Assembly (NCBI GenBank): GCA_903813345.2
Contig: CAIIXF020000001.1
Coordinates: 37,324,001 to 37,388,000, forward strand
DNA length: 64,000 nucleotides
DNA from: Owenia fusiformis
Taxonomy: Eukaryota
Direction of reading: 5' to 3'
Position numbers and translations under genes: made by a program. Under the pieces are notes generated by a model that saw only the letters and a list, made by a program, of their open reading frames with translations, searched no databases and had not been told where the DNA came from. The first letter of the stretch is position 1. Every line of letters begins with the position of its first letter. Shown here piece after piece: positions 26,631 through 39,563 of the stretch.

Positions 26631-28866
26631 CTTCATCATGCTGCAGTTAAAAGTTACGCACAAACACTCTGTTTGCATATGGTACTAGATGTAGGTCCAA
26701 AAGGTCACTGTATCTCTCACCGCTGACATTACAGTTCAGACTCACCAAGAGGGTGCGACTCTCCTTGGTGAACACCACCTCAAATATGAACAGAACCACC
26801 TCCACAACAAATGATTAACATATGTAAGAGTTATACCAAACAATTAATATCTATAAAATAATCCATATTTATGACCAACAGTGTAGAGTATTCAATGGAC
26901 AAAAGATCGTTATACTTGCGAAGCATCAACAACTTAAAAATTAAATCATGTTCTGTGTAGGCATGCTCTGACACAAAATCACTCAAAACTGTAAATTAGA
27001 AAATATGTACATGTCTTTCTTAAAATGTACCCTAAAAGGGAGTCATTTCACTAAAAATATTTTAGAAATCGAGTAGATATTCCATACTTTTGATAACATA
27101 TGTGTTAAGTAGTGAAAGCAATCAAGAAATGACTCAAAATATGGTAAAGACAGGAATCCAGATCTTAGAAAATTGTATTTTTGATGTTTTCAGCGAGCAT
27201 GCCTGGACGGAAACGTGATATCTCTAAATCTGAAACAAAAAATATCACGTAGAGTCCTTAATTATTGAGAAAGTTATCTCAAAAGTAGTGCATGGTGTCT
27301 TTTGTGTCACTCTTTATGAAGTGTTGATAGTCAAACATGAAAACTGGCCCTGTAAGAATTGAACGGGGGTGGGGGGGGGGGGGGGGTGGAGCAGCCGATT
27401 TCTGTTAGAAAATTCATATAGTCATGAGAAAGTGCATATCTAACTTATAAATCAAGGAGTGGATGTCTATATACGACCTGTATTATGTGCATATCAATAT
27501 CATCACAAAATTAATGCACATGTTTTTTCGAACGATACTTTTCAAAATGTTATTTAAAAAATAATCAAAATATTACAGTAAACAGAAGGGGGTGTGTGGG
27601 GGGGGGGGGGGGGTTGGGGAAGTAAGCTCACCGGGTTCACTCTACAATTTTGATTATTTTTGAAAGTTTTGTTAGGTTTTGTAAGGATGATAATGTCATC
27701 TATTAGTATTTATAACAGATCATGTGAACCTCCGGATCCGCTGCTTGATTTATATACACGTATATATTATATACTTAAATAGATTGGCTTCTGCACGCTT
27801 GCGGCGTTGCGCCTTTTTAAATAGATCTCACACCTTAAAAGTGTATCTGTTAAAAAAACCGCTAAAGATTTCACCATACAATTCACTTTTTCGTTTTGCA
27901 ATTTGTTGAACTTTCTCGGAAAAAAAGTTCACATAGCAGAAATCTACTGCTCTCCCTCCGTTCATTTTCCGATTACCAGGTGTGCATATAAGGACCTCTT
28001 GTCACAATGAATCTCTCATAATTGACTTACATAAGTACTTAAGATTCTTTTGCAGGTTTTTGGTTGATCAGCATCACAACTTGAATATTTTATCAATTAT
28101 GGGATCTCTAGAGGGGTCGATTTAACAATTATAAAATTAATGTAATTTTAATGGGATGTTCAAAACGGTACTTTCCAATCTGCATTTCCTTGGGTAAGCG
28201 GTACTTGGGGAAATAGTAGGAATGGGTTACGTATATTCAAGAAAGGTTGTTTTCTGAAGTTTGGACTCAATTGTTCATCGAAAGATCAAAAATTGCTCGA
28301 AATAGATGCTCATTCAAATGACTATTCTGTAGAAGCACTTGAAAATCATAATATAAATTTGTATTTTTGGTATTTCAAAACTTACAAACGTTTCTGCATT
28401 TAATTCAATTCAACATTGTTACTATTGGTATAGTTACAATAAAAGCCTATTTATTTAAATATGAATAGTTCCTGCCATCATGTCATTCATATTTAAATGT
28501 ATGGGCCATAAAAGTAGGTTAACCATCAAACGGCAGTTGAATTCGAAAATTCTACCCACGACTTTGTTGGACATCGCAGAATTAGCCCCATTTTCTCAGT
28601 TTAGTTATTCCGTGTTAGTTATTCTATAATTAACTAAGATATATTGTGCGTCAGTGGTGTAACATGCAAGGAATCTATTCAATCAAGAAATAATTTGGTT
28701 GAATTTCAAAAGTGCTGTTGAGGCAAACTTACCTTATATGGGCGACAAGCAAAATCATTATAATGAGAAATAAAGACATTTCACGGAAAATACAGGGACA
28801 GACAGGATACTACCTGGATTACGATCATGAAAAATGCTAAATATGATGTTGATGAATAAAGGTTGC

Positions 28867-28872
28867 TTTATT
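28867..28872 (-). terminator. Candidate polyadenylation signal of paralog A
   Basis: AATAAA on the minus strand 7 nt after the TAA stop; very close to the stop, so a downstream signal may be used instead. Confidence 0.35.
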
Positions 28873-28879
28873 TCTCCAA

Positions 28880-31800
28880 TTAATTTATTGTTACACTGCC
28901 TTCTCCACAAATCGATACACCGATATTTTGTATTGTCTCCCGAAGTTTTGTAAAGTCTGTGTTAAGTACATTGAACAACAGGTTTGGATCTTCATCGGCT
29001 CCTGATATACCCATCCATTCCTCTTCTCCTATAACCTTTGGTTCACAGTTTTTGGCTTTCGCATCACAGCCTTGAGGTAAACCGACAACAATGATTTCGA
29101 CTCCCAACTCGCGGAGTGAATCAGCATTTTGAAACGTATTCTTTTGTTTATCTGAAATTAGATACAAGAATATTAATTTTATGCATCGGTTATAGAAATC
29201 GTGCGAACTTGTGTTTCCTCTTATGAATAGCAAGATGAATCTTAGTACTTTTATGAAATCGAATTGAAAGCAATATTTATAAAAATGCTGAACAATTGGA
29301 CTTCAGGCTACCATCCATAAAAACAGGTATTTTTGTTTTAACGTTTTTGAATAACATTTAAGATAAATGAATAAGAAACTTACTACTAGGTTTCGTAACA
29401 CCATCTGATAACAATATAAGCTTAGAAACTACCCCTGCTCTTTTCCCTTGGGCAGGTGTAAAGTATATGTCCTCCATGGCTTTCAAGGCTGCAAATGTAT
29501 GAGTACGACAGCCTTCTTCAACAAGGCTCATCGTTTCAATTCTTTTAATAAGTCTCTCTGGATCTTTTGCGTCTTTTAAGTACGCAACATGTTGGTAATT
29601 ATCATTAAATGTAACAGCACCCATTTGGATACCATTATCAGGTGCATTACTCAACTCAAATGCCCGTGCCATCTCTGTCATGAAAGTCCGGATTCGATCT
29701 TTGTCGGCTTCGGCTATGGAACAAGATGTGTCAACAGCAAACATGATATCCTGTGGATCTACACACTTGATAGAAATTGCTGAAATTATAATAATATTTC
29801 CAATTCACATAAACATTGTGACAAGTGGCATACTTTGATTTGAGATCTTGAGCCTTTGTAATGTGAAAATAGTGGATGCCAACTGAAACCTGTAAATCGA
29901 ACACAGACGACTTAACATGCACAAGCTCTAAAACACACATTCAATTCATAACCAAAATAGGTAAGCTATGTGCTACCATCAAATGAAAATATCATAATCT
30001 GAAATATAGAAACCCCACAAGACTTACGCGGTTCACATGTCCCAAGTGAACTACATGTCAGACCTCTACAGCAGTCACCATCATTCCGGCAATCTCCGGA
30101 TCTATCACGACAACCTAAAAGAACCTTTTATCAAGAATCATTTCGTCAAACACTTGTATAATTCGCTAATTACGTCAATCAAATTTAAAATTACATTTTG
30201 AAAAGTCCATAATAAACCCGGGATAATAAAAATTATTTGGGAACAAAGTTTTCTTTCCCCTTCTTAGTAAGATGTGGCAAATGTATCAATGAATAAACCT
30301 GCACATCGCTCCAAAACGCAATATGTTGACATATATTGTTTTTACATTTTCAAGCTCTAATATAAAGTTTATGTAAATAAAAAAAATTATCTGCGTAATG
30401 TCAAAGAACAATCACTTAGTCAGAAAAAATAAAAAAGCGAATGCGGGATTCGAACCCGGGCCTCCCGCGTGCTAAGCGAGCATTCTACCGCGAACCATCG
30501 TAATATTATGAATGGCTGAAGTAATTAAACGCTACTTATTTTGAATGCTATGATTCGGAAGTGACGTCACGTTCTTCATTTAGAAACCTTTCCAAAATCA
30601 TATCGCCGGCTCCAATCGAAGCAATTCAATGAAAAATCTTTGAAATGACACATTTATCGTAAGTTTTTCTACACAAGATTTGCCCCATTTGTTCATCATT
30701 CTATAATCTTTCATTCTCAAAATGATAAAGTTCCACCCCGAACGGAAACAACCCAAGATTGCGTTTCGGGGCAAAGTCCAGCTTTAATATTTAAGTACTT
30801 ACAAACTTTTTCCAAAGAGCACGTTAGGATTTCTTCAGCACAGCATTCCTTGCCCCTTACTCCTTCTTGACACTCTCCTCTCAGACTCACACATGTTCCT
30901 CCCTCGCATGTCATTGGTTCTTCATCCCAGTCTGCACTGTTACCATCCTGCACACAATTTACAGTGTCCACTTTTGTCCCCGCTGGTTCAAAGCCTTCGT
31001 CACACTCAAATGTCACCGTTTCTCCACACTTGTCAGGGCCATTACTTGGGGTTCTTTTGCCATTCGCTGGGGCTTCGATGACGTCACATTGTAGTTCTAA
31101 AAAACGAGTATCTCCCTCAGTCAATTACGCGAGAAGAATATTTTGAATCTAATCATAAGGAGTGTGTATAGTAAATATCTGATTTAACGACACACAAAAC
31201 ATGCTTGAATTCTGCAGTCATACTTAGGTCAACAAACAGGTGAGTTGTGTCACAACTTCACTTTTTCGAATCACGAGGCTTATGGATCTTTCAAAAATGA
31301 GAGATAGTATGTTGCTCTAAAATATTTAAACTTATATCTTCAATCAAATTCCAGCTCTGTGAGTTCTAAGGAGACACTGGCAACACCACGATGCAAACAA
31401 ATGATGACGTATTTTAACTAGCTACGTCCATTTCTTTGCTATTTTGTTTGATATACATTGTAAGAGTTTCCCTACTTTAATCTGTGAGCATCTACAATTT
31501 TGGTGATACTTGATCTATTGATTAAGGTGCACTAACAGGAACTTCCCATCTAATCACAAAGAATAGTATTAGTTAGATTGATCAGCATTACGAGAATTTC
31601 TATATAATTGGGATGCTTATTGCTTGTATTATGAATTGGGAGATCTTTTTGACATTTTAAGTGGAACACACAGTCCTAAATTAAAATGTTGAGATAAAGT
31701 GCTAAAAAGACATTTCGTTATTTTTTCAACTTTGTTCTGTAAAGGATTATAGCAACATGCACTGTATATAGTCCTTTCACTTTACCTGTGCAAGTAGGTA

Positions 31801-34800
31801 TATCATCGTCCCATGTTCCATCGGACTGGCATGTCAAGTCATTGTCAACTCTTCCACTACCATCAGGTGTCAATGTATAACATGGGTCACAGCTACGTAA
31901 AATAAGACAACAGACATTAGTACGTATATTGTAGTCTGTTGCGTTTTCCGGAATAATGTTTATCTGTTGTGCTCTTTAAAGACTTATATGCCATTATTTT
32001 TCCTATCTAACCTATTAATGACTAGCGATGTGACTGGTTAAAACAAAATATATACTCAAATCTAACTGTTCCCCCAACATCTAGTCGGCCTTGGCTATTT
32101 GGTCCTGCACTTGTTCCAGCAACTATGAATCCATTTTCCGGCGCGGTTGGATATTCACAGTTCGCTTTGTTGAAATCATACATTATATTAATCATAAATA
32201 TTTACGGTGTGACTTCTTCACAAAAAAATACGCACGAAAATTAAAAGAACACTTCAAAACATCAGCCAGTATTATGTTTTAACATGCTATTCTCCAAAAC
32301 AAAATGGCGAATGATCAATTTAGGAAAAGTGATTATTTCTGTTCATTAAAATCCTCGACATTTTTTATGCAAGTTGACAGGATATTTAAAAAATGATACC
32401 TCCAAAATAGTTATGGAAAGTGATGCTAACTTATTCTCTCAATTGCAAAATGCGTGTTTAATATAACTTACGATTGCATGTCATTGGAGTTTTATCCCAT
32501 CTAGCACCTCTTCCAGAGTCAATACAAGTTACCTCTCTCACCAAAGTACCCGAAGGTTTAAAGCCATCGTCACAATCCACTGTAACCGTGTCGCCGCATT
32601 TATCTGGCCCGTTGGGTGGGTCGCGTGATCCATCCTGAGGTGCAGGAAGAGTAGTGCACTCCTTTTCTAAATATAGTTAATAATTTTGAATAAGTTTAAA
32701 CGATGCATTCGGAATTCCAGCTCATATACAGGAATATTATTACTGATTGGGTTTCAATTAAGGTACCACTTCCATAAAGGCTGTAATGCTTCTTTTGAAC
32801 CATCTTTCTTTGGGTTAATAGCCTCGGGTAGTTATTAATAGAAAAAGTCCCATAGACCCAGTGGCTCAAAAGGTCGCTTTATTTCAAAATATACCCAAGT
32901 GTTGTGCTATTTATCTAGTTTGTCAGAGATTTACCTCTACAGGTTGGCTCGGGACCATCCCATGTCCCATCAGGCTGACAGCGCAAATTGTCGTCAACAT
33001 TACCTTCGTCATCGGGTACTATTTCATAGCAAGGATCACAGCTATAAAGATGAATTATATTCATTCAATATATACTAAGTAACAAACAACAACTACTGAC
33101 ATAGATCAGTCGATGAAGTGAAGCAAAATGTCAGTCTTATAAATGTAATTGCATAATTGCTCAATGAAGAAATATATTTGATATAATTTCATATGCATGG
33201 TTACTTTTATAGATCATGTAGTATTGACGAGTGTTGTTATACATACAAAGAGACAATCTAGAGCATCAGTCACCTACATACGATATGACTGTGCTAAGAA
33301 GGATATAAAATTAATATAAAAGAATTGGATGCGTAATACTCTTTTTTGTTGTCTAGTAATTACACTTAAATTGTTCATTGCACATGTTTAATCGTCAAAT
33401 ATAATGGCAATAAAGATAAAATAATCATTATTACGCTTGCTCAAGTACCAGTTTGATTTGATATATTTTTCATACCAATGTATAATTAAGACTTTATGTG
33501 AATGTAACTAATAGTAACTTACTCGAAATGGACAATTCCTCCTACGCGCAGTCTTCCAACATCGTTGGCCGGGGTACTTCTGGTCTCTATTGATCCATGA
33601 TCTGGTGCCATGGGATACTCACAATCGATTGCTTAAAACATTGAATTGATATTTGATTTACACGTAGAGAATCACTTCGGAATGAATCAATCAAAAGTGC
33701 CCATATTAAGAATTCTGTCGGCAAATTAGGCATTGTTTGTTTTCTCATCCTTACTGCTTTCAACATATGAAATGAACATTGCAAGTGATTTTATTGTGTA
33801 GCAAAACTTTCAACCTACGTTTACATGTGCCACCATCACATATTAAATTTCCTCCTGGACAACAGTCCCCGCTTCCAGAGCAAGATTCCCCTTCCTCTCT
33901 ACACCCTATGATAAATTTAAGTTTTAACAATAAATTCAAGATTTTAAAGTATATCATAGATGTTCTTAAATACCAGAGAGCATCTTTTCTTTTTGCCAGC
34001 CAGATAAGTAAAAAATGGTTTTGGCGTTACCTAAGAATATATTTGGTTTGTACTAAAATAAATTACATTTTCCTTTTTGTGAAACAATTTATGTTGCAAT
34101 CATTTAGGTACAAATGACAGTATAGGACCTAAACGGCGTAGTAATGTGTAAATTGTTTGGCAATCAAGGCTTAGGGGGGTTTATCAAAGAAGCATATCAT
34201 ATGGTAGATTCTAATGAGTACTTTTTGCGGGATTTTGCCGTTGTTTTTTGACACCCTGTATAATAGCAATATCATACTGTATTGTTGATTTTATACTGGT
34301 ACCTGATTTTTTGTAACATTTTTACATTGTACATCCTTAGATAAATTGTAAATACCATTTTTATATACCTACATGTAACATAATATAAGTGTTTTCTTTT
34401 ATATGTAGTCTAGATGTCATTTTAATAATTTATGTTAAACCGCAACATATACCCACTAGGGTGTCTAGCGGCTTGTTTTTATAGTGTGTATTATATAAGA
34501 ATTATGAAATAAATAAAAATTGAATTGAATTGGATTGTAGACCACACATGGATTGCTCAAAGCGTACAATTTTCAGCCGATCTAGGTAGACAGATATTCA
34601 CTTATTATATCAAATAAATAAACTATAGTCTAACAATTCAACTTACTTTCCTCACAGATGCCTTCGTCATAATTACAAATTATATCTACATCGATTTCTG
34701 AAGACGGGCAACACTTTGTGCCGTAAGTACATTTTCCTCCTAGTGGTATACATGGTGGAGTTGTCGGTGGCACTATTTTTTGTGTCGTGATTTCTTAAAC

Positions 34801-37800
34801 GAGAGTATGTACATCTTTAGTCAACGTTTTGGTACATTGGTCGATTTACTAAACAATGAGAGCTCATAGTCCCCGAACTGATTTTTCTGAGAATCGAGAT
34901 AAGGTGTTTGTTGTGAGAACCATCTATACATATATAATATATTCTTGCTGATCAAAAGTACTTATTTTTTTTATCAAAATCAATATATATCATACTTGAA
35001 ATGCAGTTATGTGATAAAAAGTTAAAAATATAAACAAAAAGTTATTCTACAAGGCAACCTTGTGTGACTCCATTTTAGAAGCAAAATCCCTTGTAACGAA
35101 ATATATTTTCTTAATAAGGGAAGGCAGTACTTTGAAACGGTATGTTCATTTCTAGTGGCGGAGTGCTGGACAATGATACTTCACTTTTTGGACCAGGTTA
35201 GGGACTATAAGTTGATTTTGAAGAAATTTAATCACGGGGATGGTGTAATGGCCTTTGAATGAGGGTGGACGTCATGTTAGCATGCAATACAAATAATAAA
35301 TACAATGTAAATAGCACACAAGTTATCGAGTCACGTGTTTCATTTTCTACACACAAAATTAATTAATTATGAAATGATGATGTTGAGCTGATGTTAAACT
35401 GAAACAAACGCCATTTCTACGATTTCAAATTTCACGCGGCGCTGAGAAAGCACCTGCTCATGATTGTTTACGTGATCACATCCTGCTATTTGATTGGACA
35501 TAATATACGGGAGTATCCCCAAATGCGATAGAATATGATAGTATTATGGGAGCTACTCACTTCTTCTGCATCTTATGTAAAAATATAGAATGCATATGCA
35601 CTTGAAATACTTGAAATGCAGTTATGTGATAAAAAGTTAAAAATATAAACAAAAAGTTATTCTACAAGGCAACCTTGTGTGACTCCATTTTAGAAGCAAA
35701 ATCCCTTGTAACGAAATATATTTTCTTAATAAGGGAAGGCAGTACTTTGAAACGGTATGTTCATTTCTAGTGGCGGAGTGCTGGACAATGATACTTCACT
35801 TTTTGGACCAGGTTAGGGACTATAAGTTGATTTTGAAGAAATTTAATCACGGGGATGGTGTAATGGCATTTGAATGAGGGTGGACGTCATGTTAGCATGC
35901 AATACAAATAATAAATACAATGTAAATAACACACAAGTTATCGAGTCACGTGTTTCATTCTCTACACACAAAATTAATTAATTATGAAATGATGATGTTG
36001 AGCTGATGTTAAACTGAAACAAACGCCATTTCTACGATTTCAAATTTCACGCGGCGCTGAGAAAGCACCTGCTCATGATTGTTTACGTGATCACATCCTG
36101 CTATTTGATTGGACATAATATACGGGAGTATCCCCAAATGCGATAGAATATGATAGTATTATGGGAGCTACTCACTTCTTCTGCATCTTATGTAAAAATA
36201 TAGAATGCATATGCACTGTCTTTTAATTGGTCGGAGTGTTATTTCTCATGCCTAGCTATCTGTGAAAATAGATTTTTAAAGGGCTCTAAAACTGAAATCT
36301 AAACTTACTCATTTGGATTTCGAACATTTTTCAAAGAAAAAAAAGATATTTCTCTCTACAAATATCCCAAATCTTCAATTCCAATGAAAGTAGTCAATAG
36401 AGTTTTCGTAACCTTCACAATTTTCTGGTAAAAGAGCATACAATGTAGTTTATAACTTCACAAACAGCCTTGCAATGAGTTTTCCTTACTTAGTTTTGAC
36501 GTATTGCCATGTACTTTCATATCTATCAAATGCATTCGAACGAGAACTCATCATAATTTTGCTTCATAGACCACAACATATTCCCAAAGTGTTGAAAAAC
36601 ATTGCCCAAAAAGGTAAAAATTGCAAAAAAACTTTCAATTGCATTTTCCTACAACCTGGTCTGCAAGGTACCATTCCGCGGTGGATAAATATTTAGTGGA
36701 ATATTGAATATGGGTTTTATTCCGAGGCATAATATGATCCATCTCTTGTGTCCGGATATTGATGACTGGGTTAGTGATGCCATGCAATTAGAATTTCTAT
36801 TGACACAGGAAAAAGAAACATGATTCAAATACGTATTACCTTGATCTAGCAATACATCAACTAAAGAACATTTCCTTACTTTTTAGGTCCTCGACTTTCT
36901 CTGTACATTCTTTACTGTATGTCCTACATAAATTAATACGAGTTTCCAAAAATCGATAACGCCTTCTGTAGTACTTTGGCACTGCTCCTGAATATTTGCA
37001 TTTTCTTCGTTGCCATTCTTCCCCAAACCCATTGCAGAAATAGTAGTGACAGGAACTTTCTGAGTCGGCTAATTTGTACCCGTAAAGTGTAAAATTGCAT
37101 ACTGGAAAATAACTAAAAAGTTCATTCAAGGTGATGATTAATGTTCTGTCGAGGGGCCAAATTAATAGTCAGCAGGACAGATGTTGAAAAACAAGCAAAA
37201 TCATCTGCAAAGTTTAATATATTACAAACAAAGTAACTTATAATTCGACACACACAAATATACATTTTAATGAATAGGCTTACAATTCTGAAGCTTAAAT
37301 ACGTTTAGCATTCAATTAAGGAACCCATTTTACTAAATATATCGTATTATACAGGGTGTTCACTAAGTAATGACACTAGCTCTCCCATTTCTACATTTTT
37401 CGAACAATCTTTCTTGATCTTGCACATATTATCCGGCATGTAATAATGAGTGCACATACCAAATTCCATGTCTCAAGACCGAAATTAGTCAATTTTATCA
37501 TATACAAGTCATTTTGTTTTGATTTGGTACTTGACACAGCACATATGCCGTCACATTTTACAATGATTAGGAATCTTTTATCCTGAGCATATCCCTTCTG
37601 CAAACGATATAATATTTATATCCATCACTCTTGGTCCATGCCCAGTGGATACAATATTCACTACAAAGTATTTTTTATCTTCTTCAATGCATTTTTATTG
37701 CTGTTTAGCCACCCATTTTTGGAAAACATTTGTTTGGCCAATCTTATCTTATTTCAACCTGGCTGCCCATACAGTTTTCTCTCGGAATGAAACTGTTGAC

Positions 37801-39563
37801 TCTTTAGGAGACAAACAGCATATAATAGAAATGTAATTCAAGTTCATTGGAGAATAATGAGCAAGGTCTACATTTTTAAATCATAGACTGCTCTGCATTC
37901 TGTCTATTCTATAGACTGCATTGCAATATGACATGGCTGTTGGTGCGTTGAAGCCAGTTACCTTTTTTTGCTTTTTTGACTTATTGGCAGACTTTCGAAC
38001 TCATGGAGATCCCATGATGTCTTTAAACTAGGACTACTATGAAGTCATACTATGAACCATACTATAAATGATCCACTATACAGGAAATATTTCAAATCAC
38101 CAACTGGCATAAGTTTAATGGAGAATACATGGCTCAAAATCATGTGAACCCCCATCATATTATGTTTCAACAAAATTGAGTAGAAACTGATGTCTGTGTC
38201 AACGCACCTGTCACCAAGTTGCTATGGCAACCATTGTTTTATTTTTTAGAGGTCATAAGCTTTGCGACTTTTCAAATAAACTCATAATTACACTTTCAAG
38301 ACATGCTGAAAATAGCAAGATTCTCTAAAATCTGACAAAATGGATGACCTAGTGTCATTACTTAGTGAACACCCGTGTCATTTTGGTTCTTATGAAAAGT
38401 ACCATAAGATTGCAAAGTTTCAAAATGAAGGGCTGTCCCAGAAAATATTTGTGAGCATTTTTGGAAGCATTTTAGAACCAGTCTGGTGACCTGTTCACTT
38501 TGTCCGTAACCCATTTTAGTGATAAAGATGGTACCATGGTCCACGGCCTCCCTATAAGCCACTACATGGACACCGTGACATGAAGCCTGTCTATATATCT
38601 TTGTGAATAACTGTCACAGACAAGTGGACCGATATCTGTCTGAGATGTGGACTGAACTTTGTCATCGGATGACAACTGCTAGAAATGTGCAATAGGGAAA
38701 CTAATATTTTTCCTTTCAATTGTCTTAAAATGGCCAGAAATTGACCCTCATTCAACTTTCTATGAGGAACAAAATGATATATATCATGACATGTTATATG
38801 ATTTTAGAAGGGGTGAATACATATGAAACACCCTTATAAAAATAAAAGACATAGAAACATTAAATATATGGAGAGTAAAAATGTGCAAACAAAAAAGTGA
38901 AATGTATATTGTCAAACAAATTAAAAACCAAAAAATGAAAAACATTGTTTCATAAAATAGTTGATATATTTTGGCCATCAAAATGGCACATTAATACTAT
39001 GTTAAATACACGATAACATATATGTTATACATGCACATAACTGCACAAGATTAATATTGCCATTTGTCATTTTTGACGAAACTAAACATTCCTCTTTTTC
39101 ACATAAATCATCAATCAATCAATCAATTTTTCACTGCCCGTCAAAGGACGATATATGCGTTCCATTAGAATTTGTGAACAAATACATAATACACATTCAA
39201 TTAGTCTTTCCTTGTATTAAAAATATAACTTTTGACTAGAAAAACTAATCGTGATATATTTCGATTTCCATGTGACCGAGTAAATTGCAATTAACATTTT
39301 GTTTTAATATTTAGTTTTCCAATGAACTGTTGAACTCATTGAAATTTTGGAATTGGAAACTCTTAAATTCCATGACGTTAGCAATAAGAGCGTTTTGACT
39401 AGTTGGCCCATCATACCAATACTTAGGAGTAAACTAAATTTAATGTAATATGGAATTTTTGAAAATTCATCTTACCATTTGTAGGTACCTCCGCGTGTGT
39501 AAATTCCTCAAATAGGATAAATCCAAAAGTAAAAACCTGAAAAAGAAGTCCATATGTATCCAT
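28880..39563 (-). CDS. Paralog A: secreted CBM14-like / knottin x4 / Sushi-CCP x4 / VWA mosaic protein, 13 exons, ~732 aa
   Basis: Exons: 39563-39476 (signal peptide MDTYGLLFQVFTFGFILFEEFTHA-EV), 37101-36880 (6-Cys CBM14-like), 34772-34647 (ICK CIPLGGKCTYGTKCCPSSEIDVDIICNYDEGIC), 33905-33819 (ICK), 33631-33523 + 33041-32935 (split CCP), 32666-32472 (CCP), 32164-32056 + 31892-31786 (split CCP), 31096-30803 (CCP+ICK), 30114-30028 (ICK), 29779-29384 and 29151-28880 (VWA, DTSCS MIDAS, ends GSVTIN-stop). All GT-AG; sum 2199 nt in frame. Confidence 0.88.
30295..30715 (-). mobile_element. Copy of the AAACCTGCACATCGCT element carrying a tRNA-like insert
   Basis: Same terminus as 5412-6180; internal blocks gtgacgtcacgttc, agaaacctttcc and acacaagatttgccccatttg match that element in inverted orientation. 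Confidence 0.65.
30437..30500 (-). pseudogene. tRNA-Ala(AGC)-like relic
   Basis: Minus strand GGTAGAATG CTCGC TTAGCAC GCGGG AGGC CCGG GTTCGAATC CCG: D-loop end, anticodon arm with AGC, and T-loop/B-box, followed by a T-run; acceptor stem does not pair. Confidence 0.6.
34993..36217 (+). repeat. Near-perfect tandem duplication, 2 x ~615 bp, in paralog A intron 2
   Basis: tacttgaaatgcagttatgtgat...tagaatgcatatgcact starts at 34993 and again at 35608 with only a few substitutions. Confidence 0.92.
37352..38377. mobile_element. Tc1/mariner-type non-autonomous element
   Basis: TA|CAGGGTGTTCACTAAGTAATGACACTAG ... CTAGTGTCATTACTTAGTGAACACCCGTG: ~28 bp TIR. Confidence 0.75.

Noticed and set aside
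30437..30500. Functional tRNA-Ala gene
   Set aside because: 5' acceptor strand and D-stem are degenerate, and it lies inside a transposon
111..39563. A single giant gene with three internal repeats
   Set aside because: Each unit has its own signal-peptide exon, and both VWA terminal exons are 272 nt and end at a conserved GSVxIN-TAA followed by AATAAA
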